Virus record (IMG/VR): IMGVR_UViG_3300029448_000032
Span: 1 to 60,124 of that record
Reading direction: 5' to 3' (one strand)
Source: a virus
Taxonomy: Duplodnaviria > Caudoviricetes
DNA length: 60,124 bases
The position numbers were made by a program, and so were the translations under genes. Under the pieces are notes generated by a model. It saw nothing but the letters and a program-made list of their open reading frames with translations. It was not told the DNA's origin and did no database searches. Positions 46,683-57,138 of the stretch are shown here, one piece after another (position 1 is the stretch's first letter; every line of letters starts with the position of its first letter).

Positions 46683-46870
46683 GTGTAGAGCCAGAATTAA
46701 AAGTTGAACTGGAACTTGAAGCCCATGAAAAGGAGTGTGCATTGCGTTACCAAATGGTTGAGCAAAGATTATCAGCATTAGATAAAAGATTATGGCGACT
46801 AGAAGCTATGAGTATGGGATCTACAGCAACGATTCTAATATTAGCTGCAACTTTAATATTAAAACTTTAA
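46679..46870 (+). CDS. Coiled-coil plus TM protein
   Basis: HEKECALRY...LWRLE then a TM segment. Confidence 0.6.
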   Translation: MSVEPELKVELELEAHEKECALRYQMVEQRLSALDKRLWRLEAMSMGSTATILILAATLILKL

Positions 46871-46885
46871 GGAGGTTTTTAATAC

Positions 46886-47365
46886 ATGGATCCGTTAACA
46901 GTGGGCGCTGCGATTTCTACAGCAACAGCGGCTTTTAATGGGATCAAACAGGCTTTTAATGCGGGCCGAGATTTAGAGGCAATGGCGGGAGACCTATCAA
47001 GATGGATGGGCGCAGTGAGTGATGTAGACCATATTCACAAATCTTCCAAATCCCCTTCCATGTTAAAGAAAATGTTTGCTGCCCAAAGCGTAGAGCAGGA
47101 AGCGATAGAGTCATTTGCTGCAAAGAAAAAATTACAACAACAAAGAGATGATCTTAAGACATATATTATGTTTAGTCAGGGCACTAAAGCTTGGGATGAA
47201 CTTCTGCAGACAGAAGCTAATATTCGTAAACAAAGAAAGAAACTAATATACGAAGCAAAACAAAGAAGAGAATATATAATAAACGTAATAGGAGTTACGT
47301 TAGGATCAGCAGCTATTGTAGCTATGCTTACAGCAATAGCTTACATTATAATTAAGAATATATAA
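46886..47365 (+). CDS. Hypothetical membrane-anchored protein
   Basis: MDPLT...; C-terminal TM. Confidence 0.65.
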   Translation: MDPLTVGAAISTATAAFNGIKQAFNAGRDLEAMAGDLSRWMGAVSDVDHIHKSSKSPSMLKKMFAAQSVEQEAIESFAAKKKLQQQRDDLKTYIMFSQGTKAWDELLQTEANIRKQRKKLIYEAKQRREYIINVIGVTLGSAAIVAMLTAIAYIIIKNI

Positions 47366-47366
47366 T

Positions 47367-47609
47367 ATGAAAGCTCGCTTAGCATACGGATATAGATTTA
47401 AAAATTGGCAAGTAGAACTCAGAGATTCAAAAGGTTCTTTCTTTGCTAATAACCGTTTAATGTTTAAAGGTCAATCACATGATGCTTTAAAGTTCTTTGT
47501 CGATGCATGTGACCACCCTTTAATATATAACAAATTTAGAAACCAAGCAAGAAAGGAAAAGAGATATGCTTCAGAATCTAATAGGACCAGTAACAGGACT
47601 GCTGGATAA
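47367..47609 (+). CDS. Hypothetical protein
   Basis: ORF only. Confidence 0.5.
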   Translation: MKARLAYGYRFKNWQVELRDSKGSFFANNRLMFKGQSHDALKFFVDACDHPLIYNKFRNQARKEKRYASESNRTSNRTAG

Positions 47610-47961
47610 GTTTATTGAAGATAAGGATCAGAAAGCTAAACTTGCTCATGAGATAGCGACTATCGGCGAGAAGCACGCTCAAGAAGCTATGCTTGCTCAA
47701 CTAGAAGTAAACAAAGCCGAAGCAGCTAGTGGCTCTATATTTAAAGGTGGATGGCGACCTTTTATTGGATGGGTCTGTGGAGTTGCTTTTGCCTACCATT
47801 TTATACTACAACCTATTTTAATTTTTATATTAGCAACCTTTAGTGTTTCATTACCTAATCTACCTGAATTTGATATGAGTACATTACTACCTATATTAGG
47901 AGGAATGTTAGGAATCGGTGGATTACGTACATATGAGAAGCAAAAAGGGTTAACGAAATAA
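47566..47961 (+). CDS. GTA-type 3TM holin
   Basis: LDKFI.DKD, VNK.EA, GWRPFIGW, GMLGIGGLRTYEK. Confidence 0.85.
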   Translation: MLQNLIGPVTGLLDKFIEDKDQKAKLAHEIATIGEKHAQEAMLAQLEVNKAEAASGSIFKGGWRPFIGWVCGVAFAYHFILQPILIFILATFSVSLPNLPEFDMSTLLPILGGMLGIGGLRTYEKQKGLTK

Positions 47962-47969
47962 GAACATAG

Positions 47970-47985
47970 TGTCTCCTATTAGAGA
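47970..47985 (+). promoter_or_regulatory. T7-style phage promoter upstream of RNR
   Basis: TGTCTCCTATTAGAGA. Confidence 0.65.
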
Positions 47986-48012
47986 CCTGAACTTATTTTA
48001 AAAGGATATAAA

Positions 48013-49773
48013 ATGCAAGTAGATTTCATAGGACCAACAAAGAAAGTTTCTCAAGAAATAGACGAATTAAAGTATCGTCAGAAAGGAGAAAGCTTTAACG
48101 AAAAGATACAGAGAATATCTAGAGCTTTGAGCGATGATATTAATCACAGACATAGTTTAGAAGATATCTTAGGTACTATGAGGTTCTTACCAGCTGGCAG
48201 AGTACAATCAGCTATTGGATCTAATAGAATCACTACTGCTTATAACTGTTTTGTTTCAGGTAAAATAGAAGATAGTATGAATAGCATAATGGAGAAGGCT
48301 AGTGAAGCTGCTGAGACAATGCGTAGAGGAGGTGGCATTGGCTATGACTTCTCTAAGATACGGCCACGTGGTGACAGGATTAAATCTTTGGACTCACAAT
48401 CGTCGGGACCTGTTAGTTTTATGGCTATATTTGACGCTGTTTGCCAGACCATCGCGTCTTCAGGACATAGGCGGGGCGCTCAGATGGGCGTTTTACGGGT
48501 GGACCATCCGGACATTAAAGAGTTCGTTATGGCTAAACGTAATTCTGATAAGCTTACTGGGTTTAATGTTAGCGTTGGAATAACTGATGAATTTATGGAA
48601 GCACTAATAAATGAATCTGACGATTCTTTTCAATTAAAGTTTAATGACCAAGTATATGATACGATATCTGCAAAAGAGTTGTGGAAGGTTATTATGGAAT
48701 CCACATGGGATTGGGCAGAACCAGGAGTTTTATTTATAGATAGAATAGAAGAGATGAATAATCTTTCTTACTGTGAGAAGATAGCTGCTACTAATCCTTG
48801 TGGAGAGCAACCACTCCCTCCTTATGGAGCTTGCTTATTAGGAAGCTTTAATCTAACTAAGTACTTAGAAGAACACGATGTTGGAACTGAGTATAAACAT
48901 TATGTCTTTAACTTCGATCAATTCAAAAAAGATATACATGACGTAGTCAGAGCTATGGATAATGTTGTTGATAGAACTATATACCCACTAAAGAAACAAG
49001 CGGATGAAGCTAAAGACAAACGTAGAATGGGGCTTGGTGTAACTGGATTAGCTAATGCAGGAGAGATGTTACTACTACCATACGCTTCTGATAAGTTTAT
49101 GGTATGGGCAGAGAAAGTATTTGCTTGTTTAAGAGATAATACATATAAGGCTTCAGCTTTATTAGCAAAAGAGAAAGGTCCATTCCCACAATATAGACCA
49201 GAGTATTTGAAATCTAACTTTGTAAGAACATTACCAGCATCTGTTAAAAAATTAATAAGAGATCATGGTATTAGAAACTCTCATCTTACATCTATTGCTC
49301 CTACAGGAACTATTAGTTTAGTTGCTGACAATGTTTCAGGAGGTATTGAACCTGTATTTAGTCATTATTATGATAGAACTATTGAAACTTTTGAAGGTCC
49401 AAAAGTTGAAAGAGTAGAAGACTATGCTTACTCTCATGGAGTAAAAGGTAGAACTGCAAATGAAATTTCTGTTGATGAACATCTATCAGTATTATTACTA
49501 GCTCAACATTATATTGATAGTGCTTGTTCTAAGACATGTAATGTAGGGGATGAAGTTGAATACGATAAATTTCAACAGACTTATGTGGATGCCTGGAAAG
49601 GCGGGGCGAAGGGATGTACAACGTTCAGACTTAGTGGTAAAAGATACGGAATCCTTAATGCGCCCGTGGAAAAAGAAGAGGCGAGTACAAATGAGATTAA
49701 GGAAATTGAAGAACCGGAAAAAGTTGAAGCGTGCTTTTTTGACCCTACGACTGGGGCTAAGGAATGCGCTTAA
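48013..49773 (+). CDS. nrdJ: Ribonucleotide reductase, probably class II (B12-dependent)
   Basis: FLPAGR, NCF, TNPCGEQ, APTGTIS, C-terminal Cys pair; no beta-subunit gene seen in the genome. Confidence 0.85.
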   Translation: MQVDFIGPTKKVSQEIDELKYRQKGESFNEKIQRISRALSDDINHRHSLEDILGTMRFLPAGRVQSAIGSNRITTAYNCFVSGKIEDSMNSIMEKASEAAETMRRGGGIGYDFSKIRPRGDRIKSLDSQSSGPVSFMAIFDAVCQTIASSGHRRGAQMGVLRVDHPDIKEFVMAKRNSDKLTGFNVSVGITDEFMEALINESDDSFQLKFNDQVYDTISAKELWKVIMESTWDWAEPGVLFIDRIEEMNNLSYCEKIAATNPCGEQPLPPYGACLLGSFNLTKYLEEHDVGTEYKHYVFNFDQFKKDIHDVVRAMDNVVDRTIYPLKKQADEAKDKRRMGLGVTGLANAGEMLLLPYASDKFMVWAEKVFACLRDNTYKASALLAKEKGPFPQYRPEYLKSNFVRTLPASVKKLIRDHGIRNSHLTSIAPTGTISLVADNVSGGIEPVFSHYYDRTIETFEGPKVERVEDYAYSHGVKGRTANEISVDEHLSVLLLAQHYIDSACSKTCNVGDEVEYDKFQQTYVDAWKGGAKGCTTFRLSGKRYGILNAPVEKEEASTNEIKEIEEPEKVEACFFDPTTGAKECA

Positions 49774-49789
49774 AGTAGAGGAGATATAA

Positions 49790-52700
49790 ATGGCTGAAGA
49801 TATTCCAATAGTCGATATAGCTTCTAAAGGATTAGTTAAAGATACTCCTCCAGTTTCATTACCTACTAATATATTTACTGACGTTAGAAATGTACGATTT
49901 AAAGATGGCGCAGTAAGAAAAATGGAAGGCGAATTATTATTAAATAATATTACAAGTGATCTATCAAGTCCTAAATCATTTGGTAAAGTTAGATACTTCG
50001 CTTCTTGGGAGAATCCAAATAAACAACCTACAGGATGTTATTATATATTCGTAGTAGATCTATTAAATAACAATATTACAATTGGTCAGAAAGTCTATAT
50101 TCAAGATCATCTAGGAACTAAAAAAGATATAACTCCTGCTTCTTTAAATAGTGGTAATGGGTTTGCTTATACTGCTACTGGGTGGCAACATACTCTTTTT
50201 GCAGGTGGATTTTCTCTTATTATAAATAATGGAATTGATAAGCCACATTATATTTTAGATACTCCAGGAAATACTAATATAAATAATATTACATTAGCTG
50301 AGCTTCCAGGATGGGATAGTTATAATGCAGAGGTGGTACCTCATAACGATACATTTGTAACAGGTAATAGTAATGTATTTGACTTAGGACAGAAAGTAGA
50401 CTTTGTTGCTAATAGTATTATAGTAACTGGAACTACTGCGAAGACTGCACAAGCAGGATCTCCAGCAGGAAGTGGAACGACTAACACAGCTAACTTTGTT
50501 CCTGGTGATATGCCTGGATCTACTCCTTCAGTGACTGGTGATAACTTTCAAATATACACAGATACAGCAACTGACACAACTGTTATAGTTGTTGGTAATC
50601 TAGCTAATACTAATACGTTAAAGATTACCGTTAAGTCTAGAAATCCTGTTAATGTTAGAGCAGGTGTTGTAGAATCTTATGGTGATTTGCTAGTAGCTGG
50701 AGATCTTACAGAATTAGACTCGTCTAACAACACTACCGTGATAAGAAGATTGTCTGGAGTTGTAAGAACCTCAGACGTCGCAGCTCCTGGAGCTATCCCA
50801 AATAACTGGAATCCTTTTAAAGTTGGAGCAAATACAGCTGATGAATTTGCTTTGTCAGAGACAAGCTCTATAAAAGATATGAAACCTCTGCAAGGTAACA
50901 TGTATATCTATTCTTCTAATTCAATTCATGTTATGAGATTAACAGGTAATATAAATGCTCCTGTTTCTTTCTCCCCTGTGACAGATGAGTATGGATGTCT
51001 AACAACAGGTTCTATTCTTGAATTTGATGGAAAGCATTTCGTGGTAAGCAATAACGATATATACGTATTTGTAGGTAACCCAAGTAATATCCAATCAATG
51101 GCTGATGGAAGAGTACGATCGTATTTTATAAACAACCTTAATCCTATCCATGAGAAAGAATTATTTCTTTTAAATAATCATAGAGAAAATGAGATATGGT
51201 TATGTTATCCTACACTAAACTCTAAAGCAGGAGAATGTGACGAGGCTCTTATATATAATTACAGAGATAATACTTGGACTATACGTGACCTCAATGGCGT
51301 TATGTCAGGAGATACAGGCCCAATAAAAGGTGGAGGAATACCTACTGCTACTATTCATTTAACTGGAAACAGTGGTACATTTGGGTATACTAATAGAGGT
51401 AGAAAAGAAGTACAAGCTGTAACTATAAATGGTAAAACCCCTAAGGTTACTATAGGTACTAAAGCTAAGAAGACTGTAGCTGTTGACACATTTTCTCAAT
51501 TCCAAACTGATAGAAGAGAAATAGTAAGGTTTCAAAGTATAACAGGAACGACAGGACCTACTACGGTTAATCAAATAGCCACTCTAACATTTCCTTCGTC
51601 TGCTACGTTTACTTACGATAGAGATCAGAGTACTTATCTTGATGGTGGCGCTAGTGCTATTATAAAAGGTAGTGCGTCTCATGGTATTGGTGATGTTAGT
51701 TTCCCTGCTATTTCTATATTAGGAACAGATCAAGCTAACGATGCAACAATTAATATGACTACTTTTGTTGCTGCTGTAAGAGATTATATAAACTCTAATG
51801 CTGCTTTAGGAAACTTTACAGCTACTGCTAGTACAAACGTATTAACCTTAACATCAGATGTGCCTGGACCTAGAACATTTAATACTAGTACATTCGCTAT
51901 TAGTGGTGGATCTACAAGTAACTTAACTACTAATGTCAGTACTACTGGTGTAGGTGTATATGGTATATCTGCTAGTCAAAGTCCTGCAATATCTATGAGA
52001 ATACAATCGGCAGAAGCCAGTGGTATACATGCAGCTATAGATCAAACTATAACTTTAAATAAAAATCAACAAGGAACTGCTAATCATGCAGCTGATATAA
52101 TTGCTAAATTACAAGCACTTCCACAATTTAATGGTGATAGTAGCTCTATTTATACTGTAACAAATGATAGTAATAGAGTAAAACTTACGTCAAGAATAGG
52201 AGGTAATCATAATCCTATTACTGTTACTTTCAAAACTACTTATGATGGAACAGATTACACTGAAACAGAGTTTGGTGGTAATATGAACCTCACTGTAAAT
52301 GCACTTACAGCAGGTGTAGACAACAGTCAAGATCTTGTAACCTTAACTGTAACATTTCCTGACGCTACAACATCAAGTAAAGTTTTAGATGGCACATTTG
52401 ACAGAGCTGGTATTGTTACTGAAGTTAGTACTTTAATTAATGCAAGCAGTGATTGGACCACAGCTACAGCCACAGGATTAGTAACTGCTACATCTGCAGC
52501 CGTAGGAGTAATCTCAAACAACTTCAGTGTAGCTTTAACATGTGCTGGGTCGTTACCAACAGGTTTTACTAACAGTACGTTCACCGGAGCTCAAACGCGC
52601 GCTGGTGTGGCCGCAGCGTCCACTACAGACAGAGTTACGTTAACTCCTCCTTTAGGCAATGCGATCACTGTTAACTTTGACAACACTAGTTCTTATGCTG

Positions 52701-54046
52701 CTTATGATCCTGACTCAGGAGGAAGTACTGCTGAAGTTAGTGCTGATGATATAGCTGCCGCTTTACAAGCCGCTTGGTCAGATACAACTCACTTTACTGT
52801 TGGTAGATCAGGAGCTGTATTAACCTTTACAGCAGTTGATAGAAAAGCTATAAGCGGTACGTTCGCGTACACAGTAGTTAACGGAACCACCAGAACAGGA
52901 ACAGCGGTTAGTCCACTAATAGCTAACTCAAGTGGTGGTAACATATCAGTTACTGAAGGCGTTGATATTGCTTATGCAAGAGGAACAAGAGTTACATTAA
53001 CCTTCCAGACTACTAGTGGATCTACGGTATTATTTGATAAACATTATGGTGAAGGGCCTGGAAGAATATCTGATTCAACGTTTGTTAAAGCTGCGAATGA
53101 TAGCGACTATGGACAGACAGGTCATGGAAGTGATTCAGCTTACTTAGCTGCTTATTATAATACAGATGCTACTCAAAATAGTACAGAACTAGCAAAAGCT
53201 AATGGTGCTGTTCAGAGTATGCAGCAAGCTTTATTAGACGTTATAACAGCTTTGAATAATAACGCATTATTAGAATTAAATCCTGATAGTACGTCATCAC
53301 CTACTAATATAGCTATTTCACCTAGTCAGTTTAGTTCTACAGCTAATTACTTAACTGCGTTTGCTCCGGTTACAGAGATCGTTGCATCAAGAGTCGCGCC
53401 GACTACAACTACTTTAACTAACGCATCAGAAGGTTCTGCAGTAAGTGATGCTGCTCCTACTTTCAGTACAAGTGGAACTACTATAAGTACTACATTTGAT
53501 CTTATAAGATCTTGGGATAATACTAAAATAAATCCTAATAAGATCTTTCCGATATTCTTACAATCAGCTACAAGTGATGCAGGTGTAATTACAAATTGGA
53601 TTAGAGCTGCAGACTTAGGTTATGATTTTGCAGGATCAAACTATACTTCGTACTTCGAAAGAGAACAGATGTCTGTAACTCCTACGTTTGATACTGAACA
53701 AGTTGATAGTCTAGCGTTATGGGCTGATGGTGGTACTGTTACTACAGTAGGAGGAGAACCTCAAAGAGCTACTCTAAGAGTTAGAAGCAGAACAACAAAT
53801 AGTCCTGGAGAAAAAGCTTATATAACTACCGCTGAAGATAATACTCAAAGTAATGCTAAAGCTAACAAACTGGTTGTTAACGATTTCACAATTGCTTCAG
53901 ATTATAAAGTAGATTTAAGAGTCAATGGTAGATTACTAAACTATCGTGTTGATGATGCATCAGCGGACAACTCTAGCTCTCCTAACAATAAAGCTTGGAA
54001 TGTATCTGGTTTACAATTAGAAGTTAAGAAGTCAGGAGTTAAATAA
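49790..54046 (+). CDS. Tail nozzle / stabilisation protein with a large beta-rich insertion
   Basis: NVRF.DG, EIWLCYP...CDEALIYNY...W; ~700-aa T/S/A-rich insert. Confidence 0.75.
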   Translation: MAEDIPIVDIASKGLVKDTPPVSLPTNIFTDVRNVRFKDGAVRKMEGELLLNNITSDLSSPKSFGKVRYFASWENPNKQPTGCYYIFVVDLLNNNITIGQKVYIQDHLGTKKDITPASLNSGNGFAYTATGWQHTLFAGGFSLIINNGIDKPHYILDTPGNTNINNITLAELPGWDSYNAEVVPHNDTFVTGNSNVFDLGQKVDFVANSIIVTGTTAKTAQAGSPAGSGTTNTANFVPGDMPGSTPSVTGDNFQIYTDTATDTTVIVVGNLANTNTLKITVKSRNPVNVRAGVVESYGDLLVAGDLTELDSSNNTTVIRRLSGVVRTSDVAAPGAIPNNWNPFKVGANTADEFALSETSSIKDMKPLQGNMYIYSSNSIHVMRLTGNINAPVSFSPVTDEYGCLTTGSILEFDGKHFVVSNNDIYVFVGNPSNIQSMADGRVRSYFINNLNPIHEKELFLLNNHRENEIWLCYPTLNSKAGECDEALIYNYRDNTWTIRDLNGVMSGDTGPIKGGGIPTATIHLTGNSGTFGYTNRGRKEVQAVTINGKTPKVTIGTKAKKTVAVDTFSQFQTDRREIVRFQSITGTTGPTTVNQIATLTFPSSATFTYDRDQSTYLDGGASAIIKGSASHGIGDVSFPAISILGTDQANDATINMTTFVAAVRDYINSNAALGNFTATASTNVLTLTSDVPGPRTFNTSTFAISGGSTSNLTTNVSTTGVGVYGISASQSPAISMRIQSAEASGIHAAIDQTITLNKNQQGTANHAADIIAKLQALPQFNGDSSSIYTVTNDSNRVKLTSRIGGNHNPITVTFKTTYDGTDYTETEFGGNMNLTVNALTAGVDNSQDLVTLTVTFPDATTSSKVLDGTFDRAGIVTEVSTLINASSDWTTATATGLVTATSAAVGVISNNFSVALTCAGSLPTGFTNSTFTGAQTRAGVAAASTTDRVTLTPPLGNAITVNFDNTSSYAAYDPDSGGSTAEVSADDIAAALQAAWSDTTHFTVGRSGAVLTFTAVDRKAISGTFAYTVVNGTTRTGTAVSPLIANSSGGNISVTEGVDIAYARGTRVTLTFQTTSGSTVLFDKHYGEGPGRISDSTFVKAANDSDYGQTGHGSDSAYLAAYYNTDATQNSTELAKANGAVQSMQQALLDVITALNNNALLELNPDSTSSPTNIAISPSQFSSTANYLTAFAPVTEIVASRVAPTTTTLTNASEGSAVSDAAPTFSTSGTTISTTFDLIRSWDNTKINPNKIFPIFLQSATSDAGVITNWIRAADLGYDFAGSNYTSYFEREQMSVTPTFDTEQVDSLALWADGGTVTTVGGEPQRATLRVRSRTTNSPGEKAYITTAEDNTQSNAKANKLVVNDFTIASDYKVDLRVNGRLLNYRVDDASADNSSSPNNKAWNVSGLQLEVKKSGVK

Positions 54047-54216
54047 TGCCTAAGATAAGTAATCCTCCTCAAACGGAAGATCCTAACTTAAATTTTATTT
54101 TACTAGAAATAATAAGAGAACTAAATCTTTCTCAAGAAAACCATTTAAAATTGCTAGCAGACATTAGAGCTGCTAGTGATTTAGCTGATCTAAAGGAAAG
54201 GATAGACGAAAAATGA
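54046..54216 (+). CDS. Small hypothetical protein (56 aa)
   Basis: Translated by hand; overlaps both neighbours. Confidence 0.55.
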   Translation: MPKISNPPQTEDPNLNFILLEIIRELNLSQENHLKLLADIRAASDLADLKERIDEK

Positions 54217-54710
54217 TAAGAACAATAGGCCACAATGATGTAGTGGATGTTATATTATTAATGAAGAAATCTTTAGAAAGTATTAGTGTTCATAAATGTA
54301 TGGCTGATTACGATAGAGATGAAGCAAGTTGGATTCAGTTTTTAATAAACGCAATAAAAGAACAAGCAGCTGGTAATCCTAACTTTCTTGTTATAGGAGA
54401 TTTTGAATTAGACTATAAGAAGAGTAATTTAAAAGGATTTTTATTAGCAGCTTCTTTTAAAACGCATTACAATGAAAGAACTATAATGGATGTTAAAGAT
54501 TGTATAATAGATCCTGATATTAAACCAACATATACAGTTGTGAGGTTATTTAACGATATGATAGAACATGTAAAAAAGCATGGTGGAACCAGATGGAGAG
54601 CAGACTCTATTAGAGATGAAACTCAAAATAAAAACTATAATAAACTTTTAAGTTTAAAATACAATGCAGATATTAATTATTCTGCTCACGGAAAAATAGG
54701 AGAAGATTAA
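54213..54710 (+). CDS. Possible GNAT-fold virion assembly protein
   Basis: MIRT...DV start and GFLLA strand; position between nozzle and ejection genes. Confidence 0.45.
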   Translation: MIRTIGHNDVVDVILLMKKSLESISVHKCMADYDRDEASWIQFLINAIKEQAAGNPNFLVIGDFELDYKKSNLKGFLLAASFKTHYNERTIMDVKDCIIDPDIKPTYTVVRLFNDMIEHVKKHGGTRWRADSIRDETQNKNYNKLLSLKYNADINYSAHGKIGED

Positions 54711-55576
54711 TGGGAGGAGGAGGAAGCACGACTACTTCTGGAGTATCTAAAGATATTTGGGATGCAGGTGGAAAAAAGGTTTTTGGAGATGTTACCAAAC
54801 AATATATGGATACAAGAAATAAACCTGGCGACTTAGTAGCAGGATTAGACCCATCTCAAAAAGAGGCTTTAAAAGCTCAAGAAACCCAAGGTAGACAAAT
54901 GATGGCTGGCGAAGGGCTTTATGATCTTAGTGGTTTTGCCCAACGAGATTTACAAAATACTCTTGGTGGATTACAAGGACAAGCTTCTATGGGAGGAACG
55001 TTCGGATCTGCTAGATCTCAAGCAGCTACTAATAAAGCCTTGTTAGATAAATCAGGAGATTGGTTAAGTCGTAGACAAGAGTTGGCTAATGCTGGTGGTA
55101 AGATGCTAGGAGAAGCAGGAACTACTAGACGAGACTATGCGCAACAAAGGTTAGATGCTCCTCATACAGCAGCATCTAGATACTTTGGATACTTAGGATC
55201 TGCTCCACAAGAACAGACTACATCAGGAGGAGGAACTCATTGTTGTACTGCTGCACAAAGCGAAGGTCATATGACTTTTACAGAAGTTAAAAAACTTCGT
55301 GCTTGGCATAGAAAGCAATCTATGATTTGGCAAGAAGGATATGATGTTTGGGGTAAAGTTGTAGCAGATAACTGGATAATTGGACGATCTAAATGGTCGT
55401 CTGATAGAGTTAGAGATTTTTATAATCATAGGATCTATGGTAAAAGAACAATAGGTTCAGTGTATGCTGATATAGTAATTATTCCTTTATCTTATTTAAT
55501 AGGTATTTATAAAGTACTAAAGAAAAGATTTAACTTTGAAAAGATTTTAAGTGAGAACGCAGGAGTAAAAGAATGA
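54710..55576 (+). CDS. Small ejection (DNA pilot) protein
   Basis: MGGGGSTTTS, G.FGSAR; C-terminal GGGTHCCTA...GY..WG domain. Confidence 0.65.
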   Translation: MGGGGSTTTSGVSKDIWDAGGKKVFGDVTKQYMDTRNKPGDLVAGLDPSQKEALKAQETQGRQMMAGEGLYDLSGFAQRDLQNTLGGLQGQASMGGTFGSARSQAATNKALLDKSGDWLSRRQELANAGGKMLGEAGTTRRDYAQQRLDAPHTAASRYFGYLGSAPQEQTTSGGGTHCCTAAQSEGHMTFTEVKKLRAWHRKQSMIWQEGYDVWGKVVADNWIIGRSKWSSDRVRDFYNHRIYGKRTIGSVYADIVIIPLSYLIGIYKVLKKRFNFEKILSENAGVKE

Positions 55577-57120
55577 GAATTACAGCACCTATGGGAACAG
55601 AAGAATATACACGGCAAATGGAACAATTAGCTGGTACAGGTGGTATGCCGCCATTAGCTATGGCTAATATCGCAGCTCCAATGCCACAACATCAGCAAGC
55701 TCCTGCTCCTATTATTCAACAACCGCCTGGAGTTATGGGCCAAGCTAAAGATATGTTCGTAGATAAAGCTCTTGATGTGGGAATGGAAAAAGTTATGGAT
55801 ACCACAGCAGGCACTGCATTAGCAAAATTAGGAGCAGGTTTCGGTCCTATGGGAATGATAGCTGGTCAAGTTGCTGGTCAATTCTTACCGCAACTATTAA
55901 AAAAAGGACTTCGTCTTAATGAAGGTGGTCATATTGGCCCGTTAGGAGCTAAGTATTATAGTGTAGGAACTCCTGCTTTATTTGGTGACGCATACGCAGA
56001 TCCTGATAAAGCGGCTTCATTGTCAAGTTCAGCAGATAGGGCTAACTTATCAACTGCTGTAAACAATTTAAGTAAAGTAGACAGACCTGCAGTTGGATCT
56101 GATATACAAAGTAGTGGAGGATTCGGAGGATTGTTAAGTGGATTATTTAATTCTCCTGTGTTTGCTCCCTTAAGTAACCTTGTATCAGGTGTAAGTGAAT
56201 GGGCAGGTGAAGCATTTCCTGCTGCAGAATCTTCAGCAGCTGCAAAGGCAATATCAGCTGAAGCTAATAAAGGTAAGAATCCGATTGGTGCTGACTCGTG
56301 GACATGGAATGTAGGCAATAGGAATTTTACAACTATGACACCAGCAGCGTCTCATGCATTGACAGCAGCGGGTAAACCAGGTGGTATCTCAGATTGGCAA
56401 TATATGCAAACGCTAAAGAACACAGGTGGTTCGCCTTATAAAGGATTTAAAGGTAATACAAAAGCTGCACCTCCAGGAGCTCAAGGTGCTACTCCTATAT
56501 ATAATAAGAAGACTGACAAGACTAATTGGGTTTACAAAAATAAAGGTGGTAAGGTTCAGTATTACTCACCTGGATCAGCTCCTTACCGTGGACAGTTTAA
56601 TAAACCTACAACTCCAATACCTATTATGGAGTCTGTTAAAGCACAGCTTGAAAAACCTGCAACTGGTATACAAAATATAATTAACAAAGCTCCTAAAGCT
56701 AGAGTAGTAACTCCTAACGCTTTAAGCATAGCTCCTAAATTTATGGGACCATTAGGTACTATAACTGGAGTGCTTAATCCTACTCAAGCAGCAGTTGCTA
56801 CTAGAGATCCAGTAGACGCAGCACCAATGGGCTTAGAAGCTGAGATGTTTGAACGACAAGCAGCTTTAAACGAAGCTAAGAAGCGAGCTAGTAGAGAGAT
56901 GTTCATGGAAGAGTCTGGAATCGGTGGCATAAATACTGATGCGTTACAAGATGCTTATGAAGCAGGTCTTAATGCTGCTAAACAAGGAGTTAAAGACGCA
57001 GGAACATGGGTAATGCCTAAAGTAATAGATAGAGTAGAAGGATTAATGAACCTGCTTGGACCTCTTGCTCCAAAAGAAAAAAAGCCAGTATCTCAGGTTC
57101 CAATGGTATACGAAACATAA
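55573..57120 (+). CDS. Ejection / internal virion protein
   Basis: G/A/P/M-rich, no Cys seen, xxGG repeat motifs. Confidence 0.6.
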   Translation: MRITAPMGTEEYTRQMEQLAGTGGMPPLAMANIAAPMPQHQQAPAPIIQQPPGVMGQAKDMFVDKALDVGMEKVMDTTAGTALAKLGAGFGPMGMIAGQVAGQFLPQLLKKGLRLNEGGHIGPLGAKYYSVGTPALFGDAYADPDKAASLSSSADRANLSTAVNNLSKVDRPAVGSDIQSSGGFGGLLSGLFNSPVFAPLSNLVSGVSEWAGEAFPAAESSAAAKAISAEANKGKNPIGADSWTWNVGNRNFTTMTPAASHALTAAGKPGGISDWQYMQTLKNTGGSPYKGFKGNTKAAPPGAQGATPIYNKKTDKTNWVYKNKGGKVQYYSPGSAPYRGQFNKPTTPIPIMESVKAQLEKPATGIQNIINKAPKARVVTPNALSIAPKFMGPLGTITGVLNPTQAAVATRDPVDAAPMGLEAEMFERQAALNEAKKRASREMFMEESGIGGINTDALQDAYEAGLNAAKQGVKDAGTWVMPKVIDRVEGLMNLLGPLAPKEKKPVSQVPMVYET

Positions 57121-57138
57121 GAACTTAAAGGAGTTAGT

